In this document: in pieces, positions 10,253 through 19,867 of the stretch | How positions within the stretch are numbered: the stretch's first letter is position 1 | Layout of the letters: each line of letters begins with the position of its first letter | DNA from: an uncultured Candidatus Saccharibacteria bacterium | Lineage (GTDB): Bacteria; Patescibacteriota; Minisyncoccia; Phycocordibacterales; UBA1006 | NCBI GenBank assembly: GCA_964592365.1 | Contig: CAZQDL010000001.1 | Location: 13,198-77,197, forward strand | DNA length: 64,000 nt | Direction of reading: 5' to 3' | Program-made: the position numbers and the translations under genes | The notes under the pieces: model-generated | Told to the model about the DNA's origin: nothing | What the model saw: only the letters and a program-made list of their open reading frames with translations | Databases searched by the model: none

Positions 10253-11602
10253 CTAACAAGATTGTGAAGTTGCTGGTTTAGTTGTTGTACACTGTCCATC
10301 AGGAACAACAGCTCCCAGATTATCCTTACAAGTTACGGTTCGAGTTTGTGTTCCTGTTGCTCCTTCATTCCAGGTACATGCTGCATTCAATGAAGTACAT
10401 GCAGTTGATGATGTCGGTCCTGCACACTGATTTACCGTTGTTGTATTAGTCGCTACCCATGAACAATCTCTATTCAATGAAGTACATGCAGTTGATGATG
10501 TCGGTCCTAAACAAGAAAGGAACGTTGGTGTGTATCGATTGTTACACGCAGAGTATTCAGGACAAACATAGTCATATCTAAACTGCTGTGCTTGTGTAGC
10601 TACAATCGCATCGGTTGTTGAACTCTGATCTCCACACCAAATAGCTGAACAGTTTGGCGTATTAACCGGAGATCTAACCCATCCTGAACCAGTCCAACGA
10701 GCTTTGTACCATTCTGAGTTATTTATTCCTCCTGTGTGCACTCTTACACTCCCTTGATTAGAAAGAATCTGATTGAATTGTGTTGAAGATAATTGAGAAT
10801 GCCCCTCTGAGGTATATGTACTATATGAATAATAGTATTTGTACTGAGCTTCTGTTTGGTTAGCCATGTAATAGTCTTGAGTTGTTGAACAACCAGAACA
10901 AGTTCCTCCTGTTGCCCCCATTGGATTTAAGCTATTAACACTACCTACCTGTACCCTGCTACCGTTATACACTCTATGTTCAACCCAATTGAATGCTGTC
11001 GTGTTATCAATCCAAACTTTTTGTGAAACAGGTGATACCGTATACACCCCTTCACATGAACCCCCCGCAGTTGTAGTTGTCCATGAACCTTCACATGAAC
11101 CTAGAGAAGCTGAAGTACAACTTCCCCATGCTGATGTTTCCCATGAATATGTTGCTGGTCCATTTCCACAAAGAGTAATCAAACCATCTTCATTTGAACA
11201 AACATATCTTGGGTTAGTTGCAGAAAGGTCAGCAAGAGCTGTAGACATAATGTTTCCATTTACATAAATACCTGAAGTTGTATATGTACCCATCCATGTT
11301 GCACCAAAACGAGCAGCATCAAGAACTTGTGTAACACCATTTACTTCTAAATCTTTGAAAGCTGCTGCTTTTTCTGAATAGATTTTTAAATCATCAAAAA
11401 CTGATGCAAATGATGCTGATGGATCAGTAGCTGTCTGATCAGTAAAGATTACTCGAGCATACTTATTCTGAAGATCAGTTCCTGAGATAAACTTAGCAAC
11501 AGTTGGCGTTTGAGCTACGGCTATATATCCAAGTGCAAATGTAGCAATAGCAAGAACTAGGACTCCAGCTTTTCCTCTAAATAAATGTAAAAACTTTTTC
11601 AT
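10253..11602 (-). CDS. Secreted Cys-rich, Ser/Thr-rich protein, paralogue of the TSR-like family
   Basis: Signal peptide (MKKFLHLFRGKAGVLVLAIATFALGYIAVAQT). The C-terminus ends in GTQTRTVTCKDNLGAVVPDGQCTTTKPATSQSC. It contains an internal 29-aa tandem duplication. Confidence 0.6.
   Translation of the reverse strand: MKKFLHLFRGKAGVLVLAIATFALGYIAVAQTPTVAKFISGTDLQNKYARVIFTDQTATDPSASFASVFDDLKIYSEKAAAFKDLEVNGVTQVLDAARFGATWMGTYTTSGIYVNGNIMSTALADLSATNPRYVCSNEDGLITLCGNGPATYSWETSAWGSCTSASLGSCEGSWTTTTAGGSCEGVYTVSPVSQKVWIDNTTAFNWVEHRVYNGSRVQVGSVNSLNPMGATGGTCSGCSTTQDYYMANQTEAQYKYYYSYSTYTSEGHSQLSSTQFNQILSNQGSVRVHTGGINNSEWYKARWTGSGWVRSPVNTPNCSAIWCGDQSSTTDAIVATQAQQFRYDYVCPEYSACNNRYTPTFLSCLGPTSSTACTSLNRDCSWVATNTTTVNQCAGPTSSTACTSLNAACTWNEGATGTQTRTVTCKDNLGAVVPDGQCTTTKPATSQSC
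10385..10508. repeat. Two perfect 37-nt direct repeats (10385-10421 and 10472-10508), in-frame and inside the CDS
   Basis: attcaatgaagtacatgcagttgatgatgtcggtcct occurs twice, 87 nt apart. It encodes the duplicated peptide GPTSSTACTSLN..C. Confidence 0.9.
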
Positions 11603-11738
11603 ATATGAGAATATTGTACCATGTGTAAATAAATAATGACAAATACATTCTACACTGACATGCATTAAGCACAGCTTTTTATAGATTTATTAAAGAAAAA
11701 ATTTTGAAATGTTTTTCGTTTCCACAGAAAGCTAACTT

Positions 11739-11764
11739 AAAAAGCGTCGAGACTGACGCTTTTT
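11739..11764 (-). terminator. Intrinsic terminator downstream of the 11794..13098 gene
   Basis: aaaaagcgtc-gagact-gacgcttttt. The same AAAAAGCGTC...GACGCTTTTT skeleton occurs in the terminator at 10221. Confidence 0.55.
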
Positions 11765-11793
11765 AAATTTAAATGTTTCTTTAATAAGACTAA

Positions 11794-13098
11794 TTACGAA
11801 CATGCCGGAGCAATTGGTACAAATCTGCTATAGAAACTAGGTCCTGAAATCCATGACTCTGGACTTCCAACGGTAGAATATGACGGAGTATTATTTGTAG
11901 GTGGATTATATGGATCTCCAGAAGCATTTGTGTAGATCACACTTCCTGGGCTTCCACCTCCATTTACCTGATATTTATAGTATGGATTAACTCCAAGAGG
12001 ATTCCCATTTGAAACACACTCGTAACGATACCATGTATTATCCGAACCACTAACATAATACCCATAACAAGCATCTTGCAAATTAGTTGTTGGATTAATT
12101 GAAACCTTTGATTGATTAAAGTACCCATAACTTGCTCCCTTCCAGTTGAATGGAGAGCCATCTACCCAAATAGGGCTACAGCTACTTGTATTTGAAACTG
12201 CTGCTGTTCCGGTAATTTGAATACTATTAGAAGTAACGGTTGCTCCAGTTGATTTACAAATTGCGGTAATACTTGCATTCCAAGTAATAGGTCCAAAATT
12301 ACCATGAGACACTGGTGAAACATCAGTTTGTGCTGAAGTTGAAGTGGTTGGTCCTGATACTCTTAGGCTTACATTTTCATAAGCTGATTCATCAAAATCT
12401 ACGTTCACTATTCCATTTGCACCAGAAGTAATTGTTGGGTCTTGACTAACAGAAACATCTCCTGCTGTTAATACTGGAGCCTGACAAGAAGAAACACAAC
12501 TTTGAGATACTGCGGGCTTTGTTGCAGTACACTGCCCGTCAGAAACGACAGTACCTATATTACTTCGACACTCAACAGTTCGAGTTTGGGTTCCACTTGT
12601 ACAACTCCCCCAATTTGAAGTATACCAAGAGTAGCTCGGCTGTCCTTCACAAGGAATAAGAGTATGCCGAAATGAGCATAGATTCTTGTTGGTACCCGTG
12701 TTTTTTAGAGAAGTTGCCATGATTGAACCATCAACATTTAATCGTTGTGAGAGAGGCAGTAACGAAATATCTTCAAAAGCGTTATTTGGATTTGCAACCT
12801 TAAACCCTGAATTCTTATCACCTATCCACGTCATCCCTGAAATAAGCAGATTATTTAACACCATGAACATACTTCCTGGTTTTGGAAATTGACTCAATGC
12901 AGATCCACTTCCAGAAACATTGATTCCATATCCTGGATTATCCAAATCACCGATACTTAATCGTGAAAGTGGTTGGGGCATATTTCCTGGATGTAATAAA
13001 GGTGTTATTGGATCTCCTGGTGCTGCTTCAACCGAGGTAACAGTCATTCCTAGTACGAGTATTAATACTGTATATACAATTGTTTTTAATGATTTCAT
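11794..13098 (-). CDS. Secreted Cys-rich protein with a TSR-like module
   Basis: Signal peptide MKSLKTIVYTVLILVLGMTVTSVEA. The module is SWYTSNWGSCTSGTQTRTVECRSNIGTVVSDGQCTATKPAVSQSC. Confidence 0.6.
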   Translation of the reverse strand: MKSLKTIVYTVLILVLGMTVTSVEAAPGDPITPLLHPGNMPQPLSRLSIGDLDNPGYGINVSGSGSALSQFPKPGSMFMVLNNLLISGMTWIGDKNSGFKVANPNNAFEDISLLPLSQRLNVDGSIMATSLKNTGTNKNLCSFRHTLIPCEGQPSYSWYTSNWGSCTSGTQTRTVECRSNIGTVVSDGQCTATKPAVSQSCVSSCQAPVLTAGDVSVSQDPTITSGANGIVNVDFDESAYENVSLRVSGPTTSTSAQTDVSPVSHGNFGPITWNASITAICKSTGATVTSNSIQITGTAAVSNTSSCSPIWVDGSPFNWKGASYGYFNQSKVSINPTTNLQDACYGYYVSGSDNTWYRYECVSNGNPLGVNPYYKYQVNGGGSPGSVIYTNASGDPYNPPTNNTPSYSTVGSPESWISGPSFYSRFVPIAPACS

Positions 13099-13112
13099 AT
13101 ATCTATTATGCA

Positions 13113-14021
13113 TTAGCTCTCGATAAATTGGAAGTTATTAACATCTGCATTATCCGGACAATTTGGTCCAGGACAAGTATCATCTACTCCACATCGTACT
13201 TGTGCAGATCCAACAATAATATCATTAGTGTTATCCCCTTCACATTGAATTCTAAAGAATGACCCTGAATTACCACTTGTAATTAATCCTGAATTTTCTC
13301 CTGAAGAACTTGTCCCTCGAGATCCTGGACTATTCCAAGGAGCATTTCCTGCTGTTTGACAGTTTGATACATTCTTAGAATTCCAAGAAACAGTAGCAGT
13401 TTGTCCACATGCACCAATATTTGCTGACGATCTTCCATTTACAAGAACATCGATGGTTTCAGCACATGGCCCATCAGCATCTGAAGGAGTGTTTGCTCGC
13501 GAAACGTTAGAAAAATCTAACAATCCCATTCCAACCTGAACATCACCTTGTGATTGACCACTTACATACTGTGTATCCTTTGCTTCTCCTGCTGAAAATG
13601 AACCAGTATTTGTTGAGTACACTACAGTTTGAAGACCTTCAATTGTTCCTGTATATCCACCCCATGCGAAATTTCCATCGGGAGAAAGTGCATCTGCTTC
13701 ATCATCGGTACCGTAATCAAAATCAATCCATCCAAGTGTCTCATTCCATCCCCTTCCGGTGAAATATCCGCCTCCATTCTCGGTAGTTACATAACTTACT
13801 GAATATCCATGATCAGGTTCCCATGGATCAGTAAGAGAATTAACATAAATGTTTTGACCATCCTCAGGTAAGTTTGTTGCGATAATATACCCAGTGAGAT
13901 TTCCTGTGTTCTGATAGGTACTACAATCAACCTGAGCATCAGATTGAAAAGTTGGTACACTTACCCCTACGATAAGTGAAAGAGTTAAAACTACTGCAAT
14001 TTTTTTCATCATGTTTTTCAT
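13113..14021 (-). CDS. Secreted protein, Gly/Ser/Thr-rich and Cys-containing
   Basis: Signal peptide MKNMMKKIAVVLTLSLIVGVSVPTFQSDAQ. No recognisable catalytic motif. Confidence 0.5.
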   Translation of the reverse strand: MKNMMKKIAVVLTLSLIVGVSVPTFQSDAQVDCSTYQNTGNLTGYIIATNLPEDGQNIYVNSLTDPWEPDHGYSVSYVTTENGGGYFTGRGWNETLGWIDFDYGTDDEADALSPDGNFAWGGYTGTIEGLQTVVYSTNTGSFSAGEAKDTQYVSGQSQGDVQVGMGLLDFSNVSRANTPSDADGPCAETIDVLVNGRSSANIGACGQTATVSWNSKNVSNCQTAGNAPWNSPGSRGTSSSGENSGLITSGNSGSFFRIQCEGDNTNDIIVGSAQVRCGVDDTCPGPNCPDNADVNNFQFIES

Positions 14022-14028
14022 AAAAATA

Positions 14029-14352
14029 TTATTGATTATAGAATAAACGTAGTTTATCCTCTCGTTCTTCTGGTGTTAATGCTGGAACCTGTGCCTGATA
14101 TTCAATAAGGGTTTGCTCTCTTAGCTCTTGTTCAATACGTCGCTCCTCTTCAGCTTCACGACGTTCATTTTCTTGCACATGCTTTCCTGTCCAAACTCCA
14201 GCAAGGTATACAAGACCAAGGAAAATCAATAGTCCTACTACCCATAGGACAACACGTGAACTTCCTGAATCTTGTTCGGGTGACCTTGAGGTTTTTAAAA
14301 TGCCATGCATTTCTTCTGGTAACACTTGATTGTCTTTAATAAATGTATTCAT
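14029..14352 (-). CDS. Small bitopic membrane protein with a charged coiled-coil tail
   Basis: Single TM segment (VVLWVVGLLIFLGLVYLAGVW) followed by an E/R-rich helix. Confidence 0.4.
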   Translation of the reverse strand: MNTFIKDNQVLPEEMHGILKTSRSPEQDSGSSRVVLWVVGLLIFLGLVYLAGVWTGKHVQENERREAEEERRIEQELREQTLIEYQAQVPALTPEEREDKLRLFYNQ

Positions 14353-14426
14353 ATCTAATGCATAAAGTATATCATGATAAAGAATAAGGTGAAAAGAAAA
14401 AACAAGCCTAGCTTGTTTTTTCTTTT

Positions 14427-15659
14427 CTATTCAGTATCTCCAAGTTCAGAAAGTGGTGTAAATCCATCATCTTCTTCTTGATCGTCTTCAACGATATGTG
14501 GATTACTACTTGTTCCTGAAATATCAATTTTCCATCCTGTTAATTTTGCAGCCAAACGAGCATTTTGCCCTTCCTTTCCAATAGCAAGTGAAAGTTGATC
14601 ATCTGCAACTATTACCTTTGCTTGTTTTTTCTCAAGATCACCTTCAATATCAATAACTGAAGCTGGTGCAAGTGCATTAGCCACAAAAAGTAATTCATCC
14701 TCAGACCAAACGATGATATCAATTTTTTCTTCTCCTAGTTCTCCTACTACTGCATTAATTCTTGATCCACGCTGACCAACACAAGCACCAATAGGGTCAA
14801 CGTCAGGGTCATGACTAACCACTGCAATCTTAGTTCGAGAACCTGCTTCTCGAGTAATTGATTTAATTTCAACTACTCCTGTTGCAATTTCTGGTGATTC
14901 GATTTTAAATAGTTCACGAATCAATTCTGGAGTACTTCGAGAAAGGTGAAGTCGAACTCCTCGTGTACCTGGTTCTACTTCTGAAAGAAGTACTTTAATC
15001 CGATCTCCTGGTTTATACCATTCTCCTCGTGATTGATCAGGCTTATCGATAACTCCAACCGTACGTGGAGCAAGTTCAACGAAAACTTTTCCTCCTACTA
15101 CTTTTTGGATAATACCGGTAAGAATTGTTCCGATAAGTGATTCATATCTTTTCAATTTGATGTCTTTCTCTGCATCACGAAGTTTTTGCATAATAACTTG
15201 TTTTGCAGTCATTGCAGCAACACGTCCAAATTCTTCATTATCATCAAGCGGATTATCAAGTGGGAAGATGATTTCATCTTCTAATCCTGCATTAGCTCGT
15301 AAACGCTTTGCATCTTCAAGATACATATGATGTTCAGCATTGAATCTAACTCGTTCATCTTCTTCATTGTCTTCTTGAAAATCAGGGTCATCTAATTGCT
15401 CTTGAGTAAGTGCTGGTTTTACCAAACTATCATCAACAACAGTTTTCACTTGATAAAATTCAAGGTCTCCAGTTTCGGGATTAAAACGAGATCTAATTAC
15501 TTGCCCTTTTGCTCCATAATCCTTTTTATATGCAGCAGCAAGAGAGTGCTCAATGGCTTCTAGTATTTTTTCTCGTGGAATATTTTTTTCTTCTTCAATT
15601 TGTTGCAGTGTTGACTGCAGTACTTTTAAGTCAAACATAATTTTATTTTGTTTCACCAA
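14427..15659 (-). CDS. nusA: Transcription termination/antitermination factor NusA
   Basis: NusA N-terminal domain plus S1 and KH regions (GxxG), at typical length. Confidence 0.85.
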   Translation of the reverse strand: MVKQNKIMFDLKVLQSTLQQIEEEKNIPREKILEAIEHSLAAAYKKDYGAKGQVIRSRFNPETGDLEFYQVKTVVDDSLVKPALTQEQLDDPDFQEDNEEDERVRFNAEHHMYLEDAKRLRANAGLEDEIIFPLDNPLDDNEEFGRVAAMTAKQVIMQKLRDAEKDIKLKRYESLIGTILTGIIQKVVGGKVFVELAPRTVGVIDKPDQSRGEWYKPGDRIKVLLSEVEPGTRGVRLHLSRSTPELIRELFKIESPEIATGVVEIKSITREAGSRTKIAVVSHDPDVDPIGACVGQRGSRINAVVGELGEEKIDIIVWSEDELLFVANALAPASVIDIEGDLEKKQAKVIVADDQLSLAIGKEGQNARLAAKLTGWKIDISGTSSNPHIVEDDQEEDDGFTPLSELGDTE

Positions 15660-15745
15660 TTACTGGTGATGATTAATTCCCGAATGAAAAAGAATATGTA
15701 AGGTACATATTCTTTTGTATTCGATACCTTTATAGTACCCGAATA

Positions 15746-16690
15746 TTATGCTTCGGCAATATTTTGATCTTCAAAGACGGTATCGTCAGCGATAATTTCA
15801 AAAAATGCTTGGATATTAAAAGCTGATTCACGTACTTGATTAAGCCTATCATCCATTTGAATAATGGTTGAAAGGGTTAGTAATTCATCTTGTTCATCTG
15901 CACTAAGATTCTTCAATGAGCCTGCAACGTGTGAAATACTGTTGAGTAACTCAGTATGTCGTGCCCCTATCGCATAAGGAACATCAAGAGATACTAATTC
16001 GTTTACTAAAATATCATATTTTTCAGCTGCTTTTTTTAATTCGCTTTTTCTTGGTTCATCACTTTCCAATGATTCAACAAGTAGTTGAATGTCAGCAGTT
16101 TCAACTGGATATTTAGAGAGAAGAGATTCCATCTCCTGTTGATACTTTCGAGTGAGTTCTCTTGTATTTTCAACCAAGTTTAATTCGTCTCTAACATATA
16201 ATCTTCCAGAAACAGGGATCTGCTTTACATACTCTGCTATGTTATTAGATATTTGATCTTGAGTTTCTGGATCTAAGGTTCCTCCAGATTCTTCAATAGC
16301 AAGTATCGCAGTATAGATACTTCTTCCTAATCTTTCTGATTCTGTCATGTTGGTTTCATAATTTTCAAAACCAGCATCTCTTCGTTCTTGAATATTTTTT
16401 CGATTTCTCACATATTGAGCATCATCCACCCCATCACTGTCAGTATCAGCAAGATATGGATTAAGACCCCAGAGGATCTCTTCCCAATCAGGTAAACCAT
16501 CCATATCGGTATCAACATCACTTCTTTCTTCGTCTTCAAGAAATACGATATCAATTCCTCTATTTTTTTGTTCTGAGCGCTCCTTTTGACGTTCAATTAT
16601 TGTATATATGCTGAATCCAACAATGATCAATGAGAGTGTGATGATGATAATACGGCGAACCCATAGGCTCGGAAGGAAATTCATGTTCAT
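15746..16690 (-). CDS. Membrane-anchored protein with acidic DxDxDG calcium-binding-like repeats
   Basis: N-terminal TM helix. DTDMDGLPDWEE and DTDSDGVDD resemble thrombospondin type-3 or EF-hand-like Ca-binding repeats. Confidence 0.45.
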   Translation of the reverse strand: MNMNFLPSLWVRRIIIITLSLIIVGFSIYTIIERQKERSEQKNRGIDIVFLEDEERSDVDTDMDGLPDWEEILWGLNPYLADTDSDGVDDAQYVRNRKNIQERRDAGFENYETNMTESERLGRSIYTAILAIEESGGTLDPETQDQISNNIAEYVKQIPVSGRLYVRDELNLVENTRELTRKYQQEMESLLSKYPVETADIQLLVESLESDEPRKSELKKAAEKYDILVNELVSLDVPYAIGARHTELLNSISHVAGSLKNLSADEQDELLTLSTIIQMDDRLNQVRESAFNIQAFFEIIADDTVFEDQNIAEA

Positions 16691-16720
16691 ACCTATTAGT
16701 ATACGAAGGCCTTCAACATT

Positions 16721-17509
16721 TTACAAACATGAAGCAAGGAAAAGAAAATCTTGAAGTGATACCGCTTCAGCTCTAACCTGCTTGGAATACCCTCGATTGA
16801 TAAGTATTTGTTGCCAATATTCTTTGTCTTTCCATAATAGTGCCAAATTAGAAGCAAGCTGTTTTCTTTTGTGAGCAAAACCCGCCTTAATGATATTAAA
16901 GAATGCTTGCTCCTGATTGATATCAGAAAACACATTACGAGATATATTGCTAATAGTTATCACAGCTGAATCAACTTTTGGTTTTGGAGAGAAATATCTT
17001 CGAGGAACCTTCGTTACCATTTTTGCCTTTCCATATACGGCAACAGAAAGTGCAAGTAAACTATTTTTTTGAACATCAACGATACGTGAAGCAACTTCTT
17101 TCTGAATAAGTAAGGTCATTGTTTTAGGCTGACACACAGAGGAAAGAAATAATCTGATAATAGCGCTTGTAATGTAGTAAGGAACATTAGCAATAACTAC
17201 ATAGGATATTCCTGCATATCGTTTTGCAAGATCTATTTCCATGATATCAGCGTGGATTAAGATAAGTAATCCTGATTCAATGTATGAAGAAAGACGTTCC
17301 GAAAGATATTCAATCATTCGAATGTCTAGTTCATATGCATGAACGGTATACCCTCTTTCAAGGAGTGCTTCAGTAAGTACTCCCTTTCCTGGACCCACTT
17401 CAACAACAATATCTTCTGAAGATATTGAAGAAGATTCAATCATCGAAGAAACAACTTGGGGTGCATTTAAGAAGTTTTGACCTAGTGATTTTTTTGCACG
17501 AAGATTCAT
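16721..17509 (-). CDS. rsmA: 16S rRNA (adenine1518/1519-N6)-dimethyltransferase
   Basis: LGQNFL motif and the SAM-binding VVEVGPGKGVLT. Confidence 0.8.
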   Translation of the reverse strand: MNLRAKKSLGQNFLNAPQVVSSMIESSSISSEDIVVEVGPGKGVLTEALLERGYTVHAYELDIRMIEYLSERLSSYIESGLLILIHADIMEIDLAKRYAGISYVVIANVPYYITSAIIRLFLSSVCQPKTMTLLIQKEVASRIVDVQKNSLLALSVAVYGKAKMVTKVPRRYFSPKPKVDSAVITISNISRNVFSDINQEQAFFNIIKAGFAHKRKQLASNLALLWKDKEYWQQILINRGYSKQVRAEAVSLQDFLFLASCL

Positions 17510-17547
17510 GGATACACTGTAGCAAAAAAGCATGTCTTTTAACATGC

Positions 17548-19452
17548 TTAAAACTCAAGGTATGAGGTTTGAATACCGCTATCACCATCAGCATCCACAA
17601 GAAGATGTTCAGGGATATCAACGATAAACTCTGAAGGTTCATTTATGCGTTGTTGACCAAAAATGGTTCTCATTTGAGCGTAGGAAAGATGAAGTTGTTT
17701 TTTAGCTCGAGTAAAGGCAACATAACACAATCTTCTTTCCTCCTCTTCTTCATGCTTGTTCTTCACCTCGTCACGAGATGAAGGAAATAATCCTTGTTCA
17801 AGACCAACAACAAATACTTGTTCAAACTCTAATCCTTTTGACGCATGAATAGTCATAAGTTTTACGGTATTTCCGTCTTTAGTGTTTGATCCTAAATTAT
17901 CTTGATCTGAAAGTAAGGCAACTTCCTCAAGAAACTTCTCAAGAGCATACTCGTCATCATCATACTTGTTAGCATAGGTAACTAATTCCTTCATGTTTTC
18001 CAGTCTTTCTCTATCGTCTGCACTTCCTTCTTGTAGGGCTTTTTCAAGACCTGATTCTTTGATTACAAAACGAATAGTGTCTGAAGGTGTGTTTGATTGT
18101 GCATAGTGATATATTTTTGAAAGTACTTCAGTAAATTGCTGATATGCAATTTTTGATTTTCCAGATAGTTCTCCTGACTGTCCTGCAAAAATCTTTGCGA
18201 TAGCAACTTTTCCTAAACCTCTTTTTGGTTCATTTATTATTCGCTTTATATCAGCAAGTGAATCAGGATTCAACGCTGATCTTAAATACGACATAACATC
18301 TTTAATTTCTTTACGAGCAAAGAATTTTACCCCTACCACCTGATATGGTAACGAATACCTTAGGAAAGCTTCTTCCAATATTCGTGATTGAAAGTTGGTT
18401 CTAAAAAGTACTGCAATTTCTCTTGGCTCTACTCCTTCACTTATATATCGCTGAGCTTCTGAAGCAACATACTCTGCTTCTTGATGCGCTGAAAAGGCTT
18501 GATATAAGCTAACCTTTTCTCCTTCTTCATTGTCAGTCACTAATTTCTTTTCAATACGTTTCGTGTTTTTTGAAATTACCTCATGGGCAACTTGAAGAAT
18601 ATTTGAAGTTGACCGATAGTTTTTTTCTAAAAGAACAATTGTTGCGTTTGGGAAATCTTTTTCAAAGTTTAATATATTTCGCATGTCTGCACCTCGCCAA
18701 GAATAGATGTTTTGATCTCCATCACCCACAGCACATATATTATTATGCTTTGCTACAAGTAACCTTATTAACTTATATTGAATAGTATTAGTGTCTTGAT
18801 ATTCATCAACATGTACATATTTCCAACGTTCTTGATATTGTTTGAGAATTTCCTCATTACGAGCAAGTAATTCATATGTCTTGGATAACAAATCAGAAAA
18901 ATCTAAAGACTTTGATTCCCTTTTTATCTCTTCATATCGACGCCAAATTGAATGAACAATGCTTGATTGAGGATTTGAACCGGTTGCAAAAGTCTCAACA
19001 TCAACATTATCTGATTTTGATTTTGAGATAATACTTCCAATAGTTTTGGGTTCCCATATTTTGGGATCAATATCCAATTCATTCATTGCCTGTTTGATAA
19101 GTGCATGGGTATCTTGAGAATCAAGTATGGTGAAGTATTTATTCAATCCAAGCAATGGTGCATGCTCTCGTAAGATACGAACACCAAGAGAGTGAAACGT
19201 ACTTACCAAAGGAAGACCATCAATTTCCTGTAGCTCTGCATGTACTCGTTCTCTCATTTCTGTTGCTGCTTTATTGGTAAAAGTAATAGCTAAAATTGAT
19301 CGTGGATCTACCCCTTGTGCGATAAGGTTAATGATTCGATGAACGATAGTTTTTGTTTTTCCTGTTCCAGCTCCTGCAATTACCAACAAAGGTCCATGAG
19401 TGTGTATTGCCGCTTGGTATTGTTGTTCATTTAATGAGTGCAGATGTGACAT
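17548..19452 (-). CDS. UvrD/PcrA-family ATP-dependent DNA helicase (short form)
   Basis: Walker A GAGTGKT, DEYQDTN (motif II), and helicase motifs III-VI. Confidence 0.8.
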   Translation of the reverse strand: MSHLHSLNEQQYQAAIHTHGPLLVIAGAGTGKTKTIVHRIINLIAQGVDPRSILAITFTNKAATEMRERVHAELQEIDGLPLVSTFHSLGVRILREHAPLLGLNKYFTILDSQDTHALIKQAMNELDIDPKIWEPKTIGSIISKSKSDNVDVETFATGSNPQSSIVHSIWRRYEEIKRESKSLDFSDLLSKTYELLARNEEILKQYQERWKYVHVDEYQDTNTIQYKLIRLLVAKHNNICAVGDGDQNIYSWRGADMRNILNFEKDFPNATIVLLEKNYRSTSNILQVAHEVISKNTKRIEKKLVTDNEEGEKVSLYQAFSAHQEAEYVASEAQRYISEGVEPREIAVLFRTNFQSRILEEAFLRYSLPYQVVGVKFFARKEIKDVMSYLRSALNPDSLADIKRIINEPKRGLGKVAIAKIFAGQSGELSGKSKIAYQQFTEVLSKIYHYAQSNTPSDTIRFVIKESGLEKALQEGSADDRERLENMKELVTYANKYDDDEYALEKFLEEVALLSDQDNLGSNTKDGNTVKLMTIHASKGLEFEQVFVVGLEQGLFPSSRDEVKNKHEEEEERRLCYVAFTRAKKQLHLSYAQMRTIFGQQRINEPSEFIVDIPEHLLVDADGDSGIQTSYLEF

Positions 19453-19518
19453 AGCAAGGAGTATATCATATTTAACTGAGGTGCTTTCATGATAAAAAAC
19501 CCATTTCTGGGCTTTTTA

Positions 19519-19854
19519 TCATGAGGCTACTTCATCTGCATCTTCTGAGTTTAAGAATATATCTAATTCCTCAAGTACAATGCTTTGAAATGACGGAAGG
19601 TGTTGTTCGATAAATTGTGCCATATCATCTTCTGATGGATTAGAGACGATAAATGTTTGGAAAATATTTTGTGTTTCCTCGCCAGCTTCGGTTAATGAAC
19701 GTATCAATGAGGCTTCCATAATCATTGATGATGTTTCATTGATCAGCTCCTTCTTTTGTTCTTCGGTATAGTCAGAAAAATCAAATGCTGCTTCGATAAG
19801 CTGATCAATAGTTAATTGTTGTTCTTGTTCCATATGTTGTTTAGTATGACGCAC
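19519..19854 (-). CDS. Acidic hypothetical protein
   Basis: ORF only. It is in an operon-like arrangement with the upstream gene. Confidence 0.35.
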   Translation of the reverse strand: MRHTKQHMEQEQQLTIDQLIEAAFDFSDYTEEQKKELINETSSMIMEASLIRSLTEAGEETQNIFQTFIVSNPSEDDMAQFIEQHLPSFQSIVLEELDIFLNSEDADEVAS

Positions 19855-19867
19855 ATTAAGTTAGATA

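Noticed and set aside
10385-10508. 37-nt direct repeats as a CRISPR, att or regulatory element
   Set aside because: They lie inside a continuous ORF, in frame, and encode a duplicated peptide unit. This is an intragenic duplication.
16696-16935. 79-aa ORF overlapping the 3' end of rsmA
   Set aside because: It sits within and antisense-frame to the rsmA terminus with no independent support.
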